Below are positions 1 to 12,284 of a DNA stretch of 64,000 bases, one piece after another. Origin of the DNA: Saprolegnia diclina VS20 (Eukaryota). The notes below the pieces were generated by a model, which saw only the letters and a list, made by a program, of their open reading frames with translations, was not told where the DNA came from and ran no database searches. The position numbers were made by a program, and so were the translations under genes. The stretch is from assembly GCF_000281045.1 (NCBI RefSeq), contig NW_008246068.1, positions 1,697,029-1,761,028 on the forward strand. The letters are read 5' to 3'. Position 1 is the first letter of the stretch; each line of letters starts with the position of its first letter.

Positions 1-97
1 GCGGCTACAAAGGCGCTGTGCACGATGCGGCGTTGACAGGACCATTGCAATCTGCGTATGTATCAAGTCGATACTGTATGACGTGGCAAGAGCAATG

Positions 98-718
98 TCA
101 CGCGAGGTGTTTGCTTAAGATCTCATAGGACGCGTGAGGGTCGTCGTGCTGGCTCGGCGACGTCGCGTCGACCTCGTACTGCATCGTCTTGGTGTAGAAC
201 TGGAGCGCGGATGCGTTGGCCTTGAAGACGGTCAAGACGATCCACTTCATCTGGTATCGCCGCGCAATGAGCTCCAGCAGCTGCATGAGCCGCTTCCCAA
301 GGCCGCGCCGCTGCAGCACCGGGCCAATCTGAAGCTCGTACACGTAGACGATCTCGGCGCCGTCGTCCTCGACGAACCGAAAGTGCACGAACGCGTCGAC
401 GTCGCCCGCGATGAGGTACCGCGCCGCCGGATCAAAGAGCTCGGCGCGCTTGGCGGCCATGTCAAAGCCCCACGACGATTGCTCGTAGAAGCTCTGCATG
501 TTGGCGCAGAAGAGCGCCTCAATTTTGGTCTTCTCGCCGGCCGTGAGCTGCGCGGCTGGTAGCGACCGCAGGCCCACGGTCACGTCGCCGGCCGCGTACG
601 AGGCGAATGGTGCAAACTCGAGCATGAAGTCATCGACGCCGTTGGCGCGGGCTAGCGCCGCCTTTCGCGCGAGCGCCTGCTGCTCTTTCTTCGTCAGCCG
701 CTTCGCCTTGGGTGGCAT
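98..718 (-). CDS. NAA40: N-alpha-acetyltransferase 40 (NatD)-like GNAT
   Basis: NMQSFYEQSSWGFD...K.AELFD, FVHFRF, YVYELQI...QRRGLGK, LTVFKAN..A..FY, YEILSK motifs typical of NAA40/Nat4; ATG at 718, single exon. Confidence 0.85.
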   Translation of the reverse strand: MPPKAKRLTKKEQQALARKAALARANGVDDFMLEFAPFASYAAGDVTVGLRSLPAAQLTAGEKTKIEALFCANMQSFYEQSSWGFDMAAKRAELFDPAARYLIAGDVDAFVHFRFVEDDGAEIVYVYELQIGPVLQRRGLGKRLMQLLELIARRYQMKWIVLTVFKANASALQFYTKTMQYEVDATSPSQHDDPHASYEILSKHLA

Positions 719-1101
719 CGCGCTGTTTGTGTGCTGGTTGACCGGCCGCGTGATTAAATGTGGCATATAGTGCCGAAAATAATACCAGCCGGTGCGGTTG
801 ACGGCAAGGGAAACTTCGCATCGACCCTCAACCAACTCTGCGAAAGCACAGAGGAATGATCAAGGCCGCGTACCCGGTGTGGATTTAGTGCTAGCTTTCG
901 CAGACGCGTGCGAGTGTCACACAGTCCTTGCGCCGGCGTGCTACCCGCCTTCAATGTGGCACATGCCGAACCCCAGCATGGAAGTATACGTATATAGAGG
1001 ACCTGTGGCAATGAATAGTGACTGTTCCAGACTTGGCTTTTGTATTGCATACAAATTCAAAGACGGCAATAAGTCAAGCCACACACTCAGTAAAAGAACT
1101 G

Positions 1102-1678
1102 ATGGAGGACCTCTCGCCGAACGAACAAGTCGCTGCCTTCACGGCCGCCGGTGCTTTCGCCGGCGCCGCCATCGGCTCGGTCGAGTCTGTGTGGCACATC
1201 CCCAAGCTCGGTACGTCCTGCCATGTCTCTGCGCCTCCAAGCTTGACGAACGACGTTGCCTGCAGGCGAAGCGCTCCCGAGCTTTTCGCACCAGCTCCGC
1301 GCGATTGCCCTTCGCTCGGTACGCTGTAAGCACCCGCACTGTCTATCGCTCATGGCCCAACGTAGGCCTCGTTCGGCATGATCTCGTTCTCGTACGCTGT
1401 CGGCAAGTCGACTGCGGTAGGCAAAACACCCACTCTTGTGCCAAGGCGCTCATGGGCTTGCGTAGGCTTCGATCCGCATGAAGGACGATGTCTTCAACCC
1501 GATCGTCGGTGGCTTTGCGGCCGGCATCGTGCCGGGCATCTTGCGGAAGAGCGGCACGGTCGGCCTTGGTGCCGGCGCGGCCATTGCCACGGTCATGGCG
1601 GCCACCGAGTACTTCTCGGCGGGCGCGGAACCCACGGCGAACAAGTGGGCCTCGCGCTACGACCACCTCAAGAAATAA
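1102..1678 (+). CDS. Tim17/Tim22/Tim23-family membrane protein (possibly complex I NDUFA11-like), spliced
   Basis: Gly/Ala-rich TM helices and PRAT-like 'RMKDDVFNPIVGGFAAG' motif; about 3 short introns. Confidence 0.7.
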
Positions 1679-1699
1679 ACGAGGCCACCCGTGTGTGTG

Positions 1700-2715
1700 T
1701 TATTTCTTCGACGACGTCGTTATTCGAGTCCTCCCGCCATCTACCCAGCGACCTGCACGCTGCAGTCGACGCCTAGCGACGCTTGACGCACGCAAAATGG
1801 ACGACAACGCCGTACCTAGGAACCCTTCGAAGCAAGCACACGTGCCGTCCTTGTAGTTGCAGATGCCTCGGTTGGAGCACTCGACGTAGCAAAGGTTGCC
1901 GGCGGCGCCCACCGAAGTGCTTCCAGCCGCGGCGACGCCCGCGCAGTCGGTGTCGATGACACCGGAGAGCGGGTCATTGTTGGACGGACAGCGCCCTAGC
2001 AGAAGCGAGCATGTGAGACGCAAAGGGCAGACCATGCCGCACGAAGGGAGCAATCGGCGCCAAACCACTCTGGCACTTGGGTCTGTCCGGACGCCAGGCC
2101 GACGGGCCATGACGAGTCGCACACGCAGCCAAAGATGCGCTCTTGGTCCCATGTCGTGGTCGTCTACGCCGCATGCGTCGTCATCTTGCTCACCACCGGT
2201 GCGATCTACCTGGAGCCCATAGTAGGTTCTCGCTGGCGAGAGCGGTAGTGCCGTTGCTTGGCCCGCCAGGTACCGCATCGCAAGGCAGCGGCCGTGGCCC
2301 GAGCAGCCGTTCGGGCAGCCCGCTAGTCGTTTTGCTCAGTGGTCGATGTTTAGGAGCACGTACCGAGTTCGCATGAGAGGCCCTGGAAACCGGGAAAGCA
2401 GGTGCATTCGCCCGTGTTGGTGTTGCAGATGCCCATGTCCGAGCACTCGGCGAGCACAGTATGGCCCGTCGTCTCGGACGTCGGGACGCTGGTCCACGAG
2501 AGGCCCGCCGGACACGTGCGCAGCGAGCAGTCGGGGCTCTTCCAGATTGAAATGTCGGTCGGCGCGCCCCACCCAACCTGGCACGTGCACACCTTTGTGT
2601 GCGTATTGCAAAAGCCATGGCCGTTGCAGTTGTTGAGCGTCGCGCAGAGGTCGCCGCCCTGCGGGTTGTAGCCGGCGACGCCCGCGAGCCCGACGAGAAG
2701 GTTAAGATACCGCAT
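1700..2715 (-). CDS. Secreted EGF/tenascin-repeat protein, tubular mastigoneme (Ocm/Sig)-like, spliced
   Basis: Signal peptide MRYLNLLVGLAGVAG; CNGHGFC, DCSLRTCP, ECSDMGIC, WDQERIFGCVCD, ECSNRGIC motifs; 3' exon joins uncertain. Confidence 0.7.
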
Positions 2716-3293
2716 TTCCGTAGCCGTTTTTCGCGATCTTGCATCATGTTGTCGCTTGACGCCGTCCGCTCGATAGCATCTTTGTAGGTGGCGAGGCCAC
2801 AGGCAGCGGTGACGGCGACCTCGACCTCGACTATCAACCTCGGTGGCACCCTGTGGCTCCATCATGCATTCATGAGGTCATGCGGCCTGGCAGGCGCACA
2901 CTTACCACTCGCCACTCGCCACTGCACGGAGCGACTACGGTACAAAGCATACCGGCGGCGCCTCGACTCGGCGCACGCCGATTGTTCCACGCCATACTGT
3001 GCCATGCGCCTTGCCACCGCCTTGCTGCGTGCGGGCCTTGCTGCGTGCTGCAGTACTGCAAGACCAACCCACTTCGCCGCTTCTCCAGTCGTCCATGAAG
3101 CATCGTCACGGCCAATGGCCATGCGGCGCGCCCGTCGCCTGCGTGCTACGCCCGTGTGCCAGCGACCGCCGGCGCTTGGATCGTGGCCGCCTGTCGACCT
3201 CTATGAATGCATATCCGTGGTAACCTCTAAAACTGGATATTTCGGGACGCGGAATCCACCACGCATTTGTGGACGACGTAGCCGACGACCAAC

Positions 3294-3873
3294 ATGGTGT
3301 CCATCCGCAATGCAACGGTACTGGATATGAATGACGTGGCAGGCCAAGGCTCATGCACGCTCCTGGCAGGTGACGGATCTTCTCGCGATGCAGAACGCCA
3401 ACCTGTGGTGCCTGCCCGAGAACTACCAGATGAAGTACTACTACTACCACATCATGTCGTGGCCGCAGCTGCTCTACGTGGCCGAGGACCATGACGGCAA
3501 GATCGTGGGCTACGTGCTCGCCAAGATGGAAGAGGAGGCGACGGTGCCGCATGGGCACATTACGTCGCTCGCCGTGCTCCGGACACACCGCAAGTGCGGC
3601 ATTGCCACCAAGCTCATGAAAGCGGCGCAGCGCGCGATGGTCGAGAGCTTCAAGGCCGAGTACGTCTCGCTGCACGTGCGCGAGGGCAACGCGGCCGCGA
3701 TCCACCTCTACCGACACACGCTCAAGTACCAGGTCTACGACATTGAGAAGGGCTACTACGCCGACGGCGAGGACGCGTACGACATGCGCCTTCCGTTCAC
3801 GGACAAGTGCAACACGGCCATGGCCGCCAACGTCGCCAAGTGGAACAAGTACCTCGCCGACCTCGGCAAGTAG
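3294..3873 (+). CDS. NAA10: N-terminal acetyltransferase A catalytic subunit (ARD1/NAA10)
   Basis: MVSIRNAT | intron 3318-3369 | [25 protein letters not shown]...HGHITSLAV...[11 protein letters not shown]. Confidence 0.97.
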
Positions 3874-3909
3874 ACACGGACGCAGAGGACGATGCGCGAT
3901 GCGTTGTGC

Positions 3910-6900
3910 TTAATAATAATAGGTGCGGATGTACTGATCGGACGTTCGGCGGACCTTGGACACCTCGGGCGCGATCCCATGCCCTGCGACGAGCTGCACG
4001 AGGAGCGCAAGCCGCTTGAAGCGACGGTGCAGCGGCCGGCCGCGCTTGACGTAAATGTCCTCCTCGCCAAACTCGTCGACGTACGGCGACGTGAAGAAAC
4101 AGGCGCGCCCATGCACGCTCACGAGCAGCACACTGCACGCCTTGAGGAGGAAGAACGCGCCGTTGCCATGGCCGCAGTGCGCAACGTGGCGTGAGCAGGC
4201 GCCTTGGCCGTCGACCTTGCAGCAGTCGCTGCCGGCACAGACAGCAACGCCGCAGCGCAGGCAGAGCGCGGTGGTCTCCATCGGCAGCGACGTACTCGGG
4301 CACCGGTGGCCGCTATGAAGCGCGTACAAGTCCGTGTACTTTGGCGGCAGCAGCGTGCTGTGCACGTGCCACACCCACGGCACGCTGCGCACGAGCACGA
4401 GCGGCAGCGCGGGGACCTGCGCAGCTCCGAGCATCGGAGCGATCCAAGTGCCAAAGGCCTTGGAGCCAAAGACATCAGCGGGAAGTGGCACGCCGAGCTG
4501 CTGGCAGAGGCTCGGGAGCGAGCTGGACCCGCGCAAGGTCGAGACAAAGTTGAGGTACAAGCCCGCGTCCGGGTCATCGGCGCCGCGGAAGACGGCGCGG
4601 GCGACGAGCGTCGCCTTGCGCAGAAAGCCAAGGACCGTCGACTCAAACACGGCTTGGAGCATCGAGCCCGACGGCGCAGTCGCCGCGATCGGAAGGCCCA
4701 GTGACGCGCGCCAGCCGTCCACGGACGTCACAGTCACATCACGGGGCAAGGCGTCAGGACACGCTGTCGTCGTCTGCACTAGCGCTTGGACCATTTGCAG
4801 CACAGCGAACGCCCGGATCGTCCAGAGCATCTCGGCCTTGTCCTGGACGACCGCGCACGTGAGAAGCAGCGACCGAAACAGGTCCTGCGACAGCAAGGGC
4901 GCGGTAAGGGCAGCGAGCACGTCGCTGGTCGGAGCCGACCCTTCCAGCGCCGCCGCCAGTGCATTCGGGACTGCGCCTGCATACGTGCTTGGGAGAAGCG
5001 CGGGGAGCAGCTGCAAGACGAGGCGAAGCGCCTCCAACTTGGCGTCGTCCCGGGGCGTGAGCGCGTCCAAGCACACATCCGCGTCGGGCGGCAAGTCGAC
5101 GCCGAGCCGGTGCACCGCGACTGCCTCCGGGGCATACGCCACATGCAGAAGCGCATCCGAGAGGCCTTGGGTCTCGGCGGCAGCGAACGCGTCGGCGACC
5201 GTGTCGAGCACCGTGGCCGCGGCCGACGTGAGTGGCATCTGCAGCGACTCAACAAACGCGTGCATGGCGTCACGGGCCAGCGTCGGGAGCTACAGACAAC
5301 GTAAAAGCTCATTTGCCAAGAGCTAACTCGAGCCTACCGAGGGCAGCGGCGACGACCGGAGACGCGATGGGAGCGAGGTCAGGTGCAAGAGGACGCTGTC
5401 GACGCTGCTCGCGCCTTGGAAGAAGGCTTCCATGGCGTGGCCCGACGTACTTGGCGCGCGTGGGACATATGGCACGGTCGTACTGCTCAGCGCCTTGCAG
5501 AGCGGGCAGAGGAACTCGCCGTGGGCGGCGTCAAAGGCGACGGCCGAGAGCAGTGACGCGTCCGTGTCGCGGCGGATGGTCGACCGGTACTGCTCGACGC
5601 ACGAGAGGTGCACAGCGTGGCCACACAGCTGGACGTGGATCGCCGTCTCGCAACTACGTGCGAGTTGTCAGATGGACGATTCCAAGCACAAGCCAGCGCG
5701 TACCTCTGCGGTCGGCCAATGCGTTGGGCGAGGCCGATGTATACCACCGGGTCGTCCTTCTTGGCGTGCGCGCAGATGATGCACTCGGGCGGCAACTGCT
5801 CGAGGAGCGTCTCGTCGGGCCTCTCTGCCTCTGCCTCGACGTCGTCCTCCGCCTCGAGCAGCGTGGTTGCGAACTGCGACTGCCGCGCCAGCATCGCCGC
5901 CATCGCCTGCTGCTGCTTGTGCTTCTGCAGTGCGAGCCGCGCCTTGGCGTCCAATGGTCCGTTCGTCCGTGTCGTGACGACCCGGAGGACGTCGGCAGCC
6001 AGGAAGCGCGCCATCGCCGCGTCCATCGCCGCATAGGCGTTGAGGACGTAGAGGATCCCCGCCAGGAGCGGCGTCAGCGACGCTTCGCCGAGGGCCCGCA
6101 GCCGTGTCGCATGCGCTGCAAGGAGCTGCACCAGGCTGCCGTCGCCGCACCTACGCCAGTGTCAACACGCATCTTGATTCGCGTCAAACGTACGGTGCAT
6201 GGGTGCCAGAGGGCAGAGGCAGGCCAAGGCGCTCGTCAGTCGGGGTGGCCGCCATCGTGAGCTCGGGCATGAGCGCCGCCGTCGCCGCGTCTCGCTCGGA
6301 CGACGCGGCCAGCACATGCAGCTGGAGCGTGAGCAAGTGGACAACGCGCGTCAGCACTGTCTCGTCGGCGCCGAGGTGCGCGTCGCGCAAGCAGTGCCGG
6401 AGCACGGCGAGAAGGTCGGGCGTGAGAGCCAAGTCCCGGACGCGGGCCATGTGCGGGTGCGGCAGCGGCAGCGCAGCGACAAGCGGCAGCGGCGTGTCGC
6501 GCCAGTTCTTGAAGACAACGTCGTGGCGCGCTTCCTGCGCCTTGATATGCCGGGACGGGCTGAGATGCAGACAGGCCGGGTCGTACTCGGTATACACCGC
6601 GTGCTTGAGCACATACTTGGCCGGCGCGATGCTGTCGATGGCCGCCGACGGGCTCTCGGCAATCGCGTCGAGGACCGACTGGAGCTGCTTGTTGCGCGTG
6701 TCTTCGGGCAGCGCTTCGTACCCCGGGTACGCGTACACACTGGCCGCTTCGTCGCGGAGCGTCGAGTAGTTGCACGGTTGGTACAAGAGCAAGTGCACGA
6801 GCTTGCGCCGCAGCGCGACCTCGGCGCCTGTGGTTGACGGCGGCGGCAGCTCCGTGAGCAGCCACAGCAAATGGAGGAGCGACTGCGACACGAGCTGCGT

Positions 6901-9132
6901 CTGTTTCTCAGGCGTCCACGGGCGCACAGTCGGGCCAGCGAGGTACGACGCGACGCCGTACCGGTCGAGGAAGCGGGCCAAGAAGGCGCGGGGCCCCAAG
7001 ACGACAGCCCCAAACTGCAGCAGCGCAAGGTCGACGTCTCGAAACGACACGTGCGCTGTCAAGTTGGGGAAGTAGTAGGCCTGGTCGGCGTAGCTCGTGG
7101 CTTCGTGCGTCATGAGCTCTTGGCCGTTGCGGACCCAGAGATGACTCGCGATTTGCGCCGACAAGACCAGCGACCGCAGCGGGTACTCCAAGAGGCTGTC
7201 CCACTCGTCGACGTTCTGGACGCGGGCGGTAGCAAAGGCGGCGACGTCAAAGGTACCAGCGGCAAGCACCTCGAGTACGAAGAGCCCGATCGCTTGGTGC
7301 AGCGGGTGGTGGAGCGACACGGGCTCGGCCGCCACGTCAAACTGCACGAGCCGTTGATCGGCGACGGTGTGGTAGCGACGTCGTGACGCGTGCGCCGTCA
7401 GCGCCGGCCAGAGCCCGTCCCAGATGAGCGCCGCCGTCGTCTCGTCGAGCCCTTGCTTGGCCATGCGGAGGCCTTTGAAGAAGCTCTCGGTGACCGACGC
7501 CAGACTCAAGTGGAGCATGAGGGCGTTGTACCACGGCATGTTGTCTTCGAGTTCAATGTGCGCCTCAGATTCGCGCACTCGCACTTGGGCATTCAGGTGC
7601 GACGCATCGACAAGCAGCCGGGCCCACGCGCCGAGGTGCTCGAGGAAGGCGTGCGCGATCGACGGCACGAGCAGTACAAAGCCGAGGTCCGTGATGACAG
7701 GCTCGTAGCGCGTAAAGCGGACAACAATGTGGTCGAGGTTGATGACGCGCATCGGCGTCTGGAGCGCGTCATCGACCTTGGTGAGCTCAAGGCCCTCGCC
7801 GAGCACGTGCAGCAGCATCGGGAGGAGGCCCTTGTCGTCGACGAGCTGCGGCACGATCGACGGCGTCGTGAAGATCTGGACGCTGAGCCCAAACATCGCT
7901 TCGTTCTTGGTCCCGACCCCGCAAAAGTACTCGCGCATGACCAGCTGGTAGACTTCGACGTAGAAGAGCGCGAACTGCCACTTGAGCGTCCGGTCGCCCA
8001 TGAGGTTCAAGTACGCCGAGTGCAGCGCCGTGACAATCGCCTTGGGCAGCACCGACGTCGCGGTGAGCAGCTCGACGATCGGCTCCATGTCACTCGACAC
8101 ATGGGGGTAGACCTTCTCGATGCAGGCGACGGGCTCAAACAGCAGGCCAAAGAGCGACTGCTGCAAGGTCGGCGAGAGCCGCGCGAGGCCGTGGACGTAC
8201 GAGAAGAGGTGGACCACGATGGCTTCGCGTGCGAGGTGGTCGTCGTCGACGACGGACGCGAGCCAGCCCTCGGCTTCCATGGCCTGCATGAGCGAGAGGG
8301 CTTCGGGGAGGAGGACCTTCTCCTTGAGGAGGGCGGCGCCGTCGGCGTCGACAGATTGGGTGAACGCCTCAGCAAACTCGAGCGAGTAGCCCTTGTCGAT
8401 GAGCGACCCCGTGAGGTCCTGGTCCGTGTGCACGTCGTCGTTGGAGATGCGCACGTGGTACAAGGTCGGGAGGTCGTCGTCGCTGTGCTTGCGCTTCTTG
8501 GGCTTGAGCCGCGCCTCGATCTTGGTCGGGTCGTGGTTGTTGGTCGCGCGACCTGCAACGTCGACCATGTACACGATGAGCTCGCGCAGCACATCGACGA
8601 TCGTGGCGGTCAAGGGCGGTGGCAGCTCGAGTGGCGTCTCGACGACCTCGAGATCGCTGCTCTGCACGCGGTGCGCCGGACACATGCCATGCACCTGCCA
8701 CGCCTCCGTGTCGCCGCAGTCGCACATGCCGCCCGGCGATGTCCGGTGGAAGAAGACTTGGTGGCCGTCGTGGTCGGACGCCTCAAAGCACGACTGGCAC
8801 TGCACGCACGTCTCGTCCATCTCGCAGTCGCGGCAGCTCCACGAGATGTCGTTCTGCTGAAACATGTAGCCACACATGCGCTTGGGCATCGTGAGCGCAT
8901 GCGCCTCGTGGACATGGCGCAAGTACGCGGCGACGTTCGGGAAGCTGCCGCCGTCGGCCACGCGGATCGCAGCATGCAGCGCAGCCTCGGCAAAGTCCGG
9001 GAAGCGCTCTGGCTTGTGGCCATACGCGAGAAGGCTCACGATCCAGCCGGCCTCGAGCACGGGCTCAAGCCCATGGCGCAGCCGGTCCTCGACGTAGCGC
9101 CCCAGCGCACTCGGGCTCGCGAGGTGCGACAT
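3910..9132 (-). CDS. UBR1/UBR2/PRT6-type N-recognin E3 ubiquitin ligase, copy A (spliced)
   Basis: UBR box (CGYMF...CRDCEMDETCVQCQSCF...GGMCDCGD.EAW), ClpS-like NDDVHT, WVRNG, split RING (CIIC...CGH..H..C...EFLCPLCK), C-terminal SPYVDEFGEED. Confidence 0.92.
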
Positions 9133-9461
9133 CCGCTTTTGTCCACGCCACAGAAAAAGCTTGCGTTTCGTATACCGCTGCTCATGGCATCGTCGAGGTG
9201 GCATCTGCCGAGAATAGATGTCAGCTGCCGAAAACAACACGGAGTTTGCCATTTCGAGGTCTGCGACGCGGCAGCGTGCAACGTCGACGCGCCGGCGCCC
9301 CGTGGACGCGCAGCCATTGTATACTAAAACCAAGTGCCCGTTCAAGCGCGGACCGACGGGATGCGACGGCTGTGGACACGGCGCCAGGCAGGTGGCGAGT
9401 ATGCCGAAACTAAATCCCATATGGAGTGGCATGTGCCGCAAAATAAAACAGGATTTGCACC

Positions 9462-10982
9462 ATGGACGACGAGCGCATGGCAGCGACCGACGAGGTGGCA
9501 AACGAGCCCATGGCCGAGGGCGAGACGGCGGAAACGGGCACCGACGAGGCCATGGTATATGCGTGGTTCGAGCACTCGGGTGCGATGGCGCCAACGCACA
9601 TGTACAGCCTCACTGCCCCGTTCGCCTCACAGTTCACGCGGGGCGTCAAGGTCTCGCCGGACGGGCTCTGCCTCCTGAGCAACGCCGACGACAACGTGCT
9701 GCGGCTCTTTGACGTCAACCCGGAGGTGCAAGACGCCGCCTTGGAGATGCCGGAAGGCGGTACGGTCTACGACTTTACGTGGTACCCGTTCATGACGTCG
9801 TCGGACGCCGCGACGTGCGTGTTTGCAAGCACGTCGCACGCCCACCCCGTGCATCTCTGGGACGCGTACACGGGCGAGGTAGCAGCGCGCGTAGGTTGCC
9901 CGCTCATCGCTGCTGTAGCTGCGCGCCACGTACCGCGCATACGACCACTTGGACGAGCTCACGAGCGCGTACTCGGTGGCGTTCAATGCCACGGGTGACA
10001 AGCTCTTTTGCGGCTTTGAGCGCACGATTCGGTTCTTCGACACGACGCAACCCAGCCGCGACTTTACGACGCGGGCGCTGAGCAAGACGCGCAAGTCGCG
10101 CCACGGCCAGCGGTCCTTCTCTCGCCGACGACGTCCGTAGCCCCTCACGCCATGTCTAGGGGCATCATCTCATCGATTCACTTCAACCCCGACCACTCCA
10201 AGTACAGGCTTTGGCGTCCATGGTAGCGACTCATGGTATCCTGTGTGTAGGATGTATGCGGCCGGGTCGTACAGCGGGCAGACGTGCATTTATGCCGAAG
10301 AGTCTGGCGACGAGCTCGTCTCGCTCGAGGTACGCATGTCCGTCGAGCGCGTTGGTCGTAGCATGGGACTAGGGCCATGACGGCCACGGCGTCACGCAGG
10401 TTCAGTTCTCGCCCGACGGCAACTTCTTGCTCACCGGCGCACGCAAGCACGGGCTCATCCAAGTGTGGGACATTCGCAATACGATGCAAGTGCTCTACTC
10501 GCTGCCACGTCATACGCCGACCAACCAAGTACTTATATATGCGGTGATGCCATTGGCTCATACGATTGCTAGAAGATCGCCTTTGACGTGCACTGCGGTG
10601 GCCGCTACGTAGCCACGGGCAGCGAGGTAGTGGCCCTTCTCGTGGCAGTGCCAACGGTCGACCTCGCATCCTAGGACGCCAAAGTGCTGCTGTACGACCT
10701 CACGACGGGCGCGGCCGTCGATGAAATTGGAGGTTTTGCCGGTACCACTGACTACGACCGGTGGGAGTTGCAGCCACGATATCCTGCGTAGATGCGGTCA
10801 ACGGCGTGTCGTTCTTTCCTGCCGGCACGACTGCGCAGGTCGCCTGCTGCACGGGCCAGCGCCACTACGACGTGCCCAAGGACATGCGTGACGACGACGA
10901 CGACGACGCTGACGCGACGGCGCGAAGGACGCTGGCGGCCAATGGCATTCACTTGTACGAGTTTGCAGCGAATACGCAATAA
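9462..10982 (+). CDS. WRAP53: Telomerase Cajal body protein 1 (TCAB1/WRAP53) WD40 protein, multi-exon
   Basis: SPDGLCLL, VYDFTWYPFM, PVHLWDAYTG|LRATYRAYDHLDELTSAYSVAF match WRAP53 signatures. Confidence 0.88.
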
Positions 10983-11012
10983 GATGAGGATATAAGGGTG
11001 GTGCATCTTCAA

Positions 11013-11849
11013 CTACCGTCGGCGGTTCATACCGCCGTAGCCCTGAACCTGGGGCTTGGGCGCGTTCGGGTCGCGCGGCTTGGTCGGGTAGATCTCGGTC
11101 GTCGTCGGCTCGTACCGGCCGCGCCAGCCGGTTTCGCTGGGCATGACAAAGTCGGCTTCGTTCTCGATGCCCTCGAGCTGCATGCGCCGCCGCTTCTCGC
11201 GCTGCTCCTCTTCATGCCGCGCTTGGCGCTTGGCCTTGACCTCTTCGAGATACGCCATCTGCTTGGCTTCGATGTCGACTTGGTCGCGGATGCGCTTCTT
11301 GGCCTTCTTCTTTTCCTTCTTGAGCTTCTTCTTCTCGTCTTTCGAGCGCTTGACCTTGAAGACGTCGACGCCCTTGTGGATATCAAACTTGGTCGCGAGC
11401 TCCTTGTCCTTGTACGCGTGCCCTGCCTGCCCGCGGAGCTCGTCTATCGCGTCGTCGAGCGCGTCGTCGTCGTCGACGCCGTCTTCCTTGTCGCGAAGCT
11501 CCTTCGGGAGCTTGTACTTGTGCACGTGGTCGACGCGGAGGAGGCGCTCGAGGAGCGACGAGCCGTTAAAGTTGTCGACCGCCAGCACCGTGGACCGGTG
11601 GTCTTCGTACTTGAGGAAGGCAAAGCCCATGGACTTGCCCGTGTCCTTGTCGCGCACGAGGTTGATGTCTTCAATCTCGCCGACCTGGCTAAAGACGCAG
11701 AGCACGTCGCCCTCCGTGAGCTCGTACGAGAGGCCGCCGACGTAGACCCACGCCGACTCGCGGTAGATGTGGTGCCACGAGCCTTCGTAGCTCACGCCCT
11801 GGTCGAGCTCCTGCTGGTTCAAGCGCTCGATCTCCTTGATCACGTTCAT
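11013..11849 (-). CDS. RBMX2: RNA-binding motif protein X-linked 2 (Snu17/Ist3), RES complex RRM
   Basis: SWHHIYRESAWVYVGGLSYELTEGDVLCVFSQ...FLKYEDHRSTVLAVDNFNG...RVDHV. Confidence 0.93.
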   Translation of the reverse strand: MNVIKEIERLNQQELDQGVSYEGSWHHIYRESAWVYVGGLSYELTEGDVLCVFSQVGEIEDINLVRDKDTGKSMGFAFLKYEDHRSTVLAVDNFNGSSLLERLLRVDHVHKYKLPKELRDKEDGVDDDDALDDAIDELRGQAGHAYKDKELATKFDIHKGVDVFKVKRSKDEKKKLKKEKKKAKKRIRDQVDIEAKQMAYLEEVKAKRQARHEEEQREKRRRMQLEGIENEADFVMPSETGWRGRYEPTTTEIYPTKPRDPNAPKPQVQGYGGMNRRR

Positions 11850-12284
11850 GGCCGGCCGCTCGTTGGTCGCTCTCGCCCAGTCTCCGGATGCGACACGTGC
11901 CGGCGGATTCGGCACGGTTCGTTTTCAGGCGGCACATGCCGAAGCTAAAATGCCTCCTTTTGCAAGCCAAGCCGGGCCCTCTCGCGTCGACGGTACCCAT
12001 TTGAGAGTTCGGACAGCGCATGTGGCTTCTTCATCTGCCTGTATAATACAGACGGCGCGTTGACGCTGTCCTGGATCTGGTCCTGGATGATGAAGACCAG
12101 CGTCCATGGCCGACGATGCAACGTGGCATATGCCGCCTTTTACCGGCCATTATCAAGTGGCAGATGCCGAAAACGCCGAATATAAAAGGAGAGACCATGC
12201 ACAAGCCTTCGCGTTCCTTCAGGAGGCGGAATATATTTTTAATAAAATAAAATTGGACGCCATCCCGCAGGATCGCGACTGACG

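Noticed and set aside
4024..4190. High DNA similarity to 17325-17482 as gene conversion or terminal inverted repeats of a mobile element
   Set aside because: Differences fall mostly at synonymous positions; protein conservation plus codon bias explains it, and no transposase or target-site duplication is visible.
9133..9594. Long N-terminal extensions in the ORF track (UBR-A; also NAA40, HSP90, PLAC8)
   Set aside because: They begin at non-ATG or upstream codons, run through promoter motifs or neighbouring genes, and lack family similarity.
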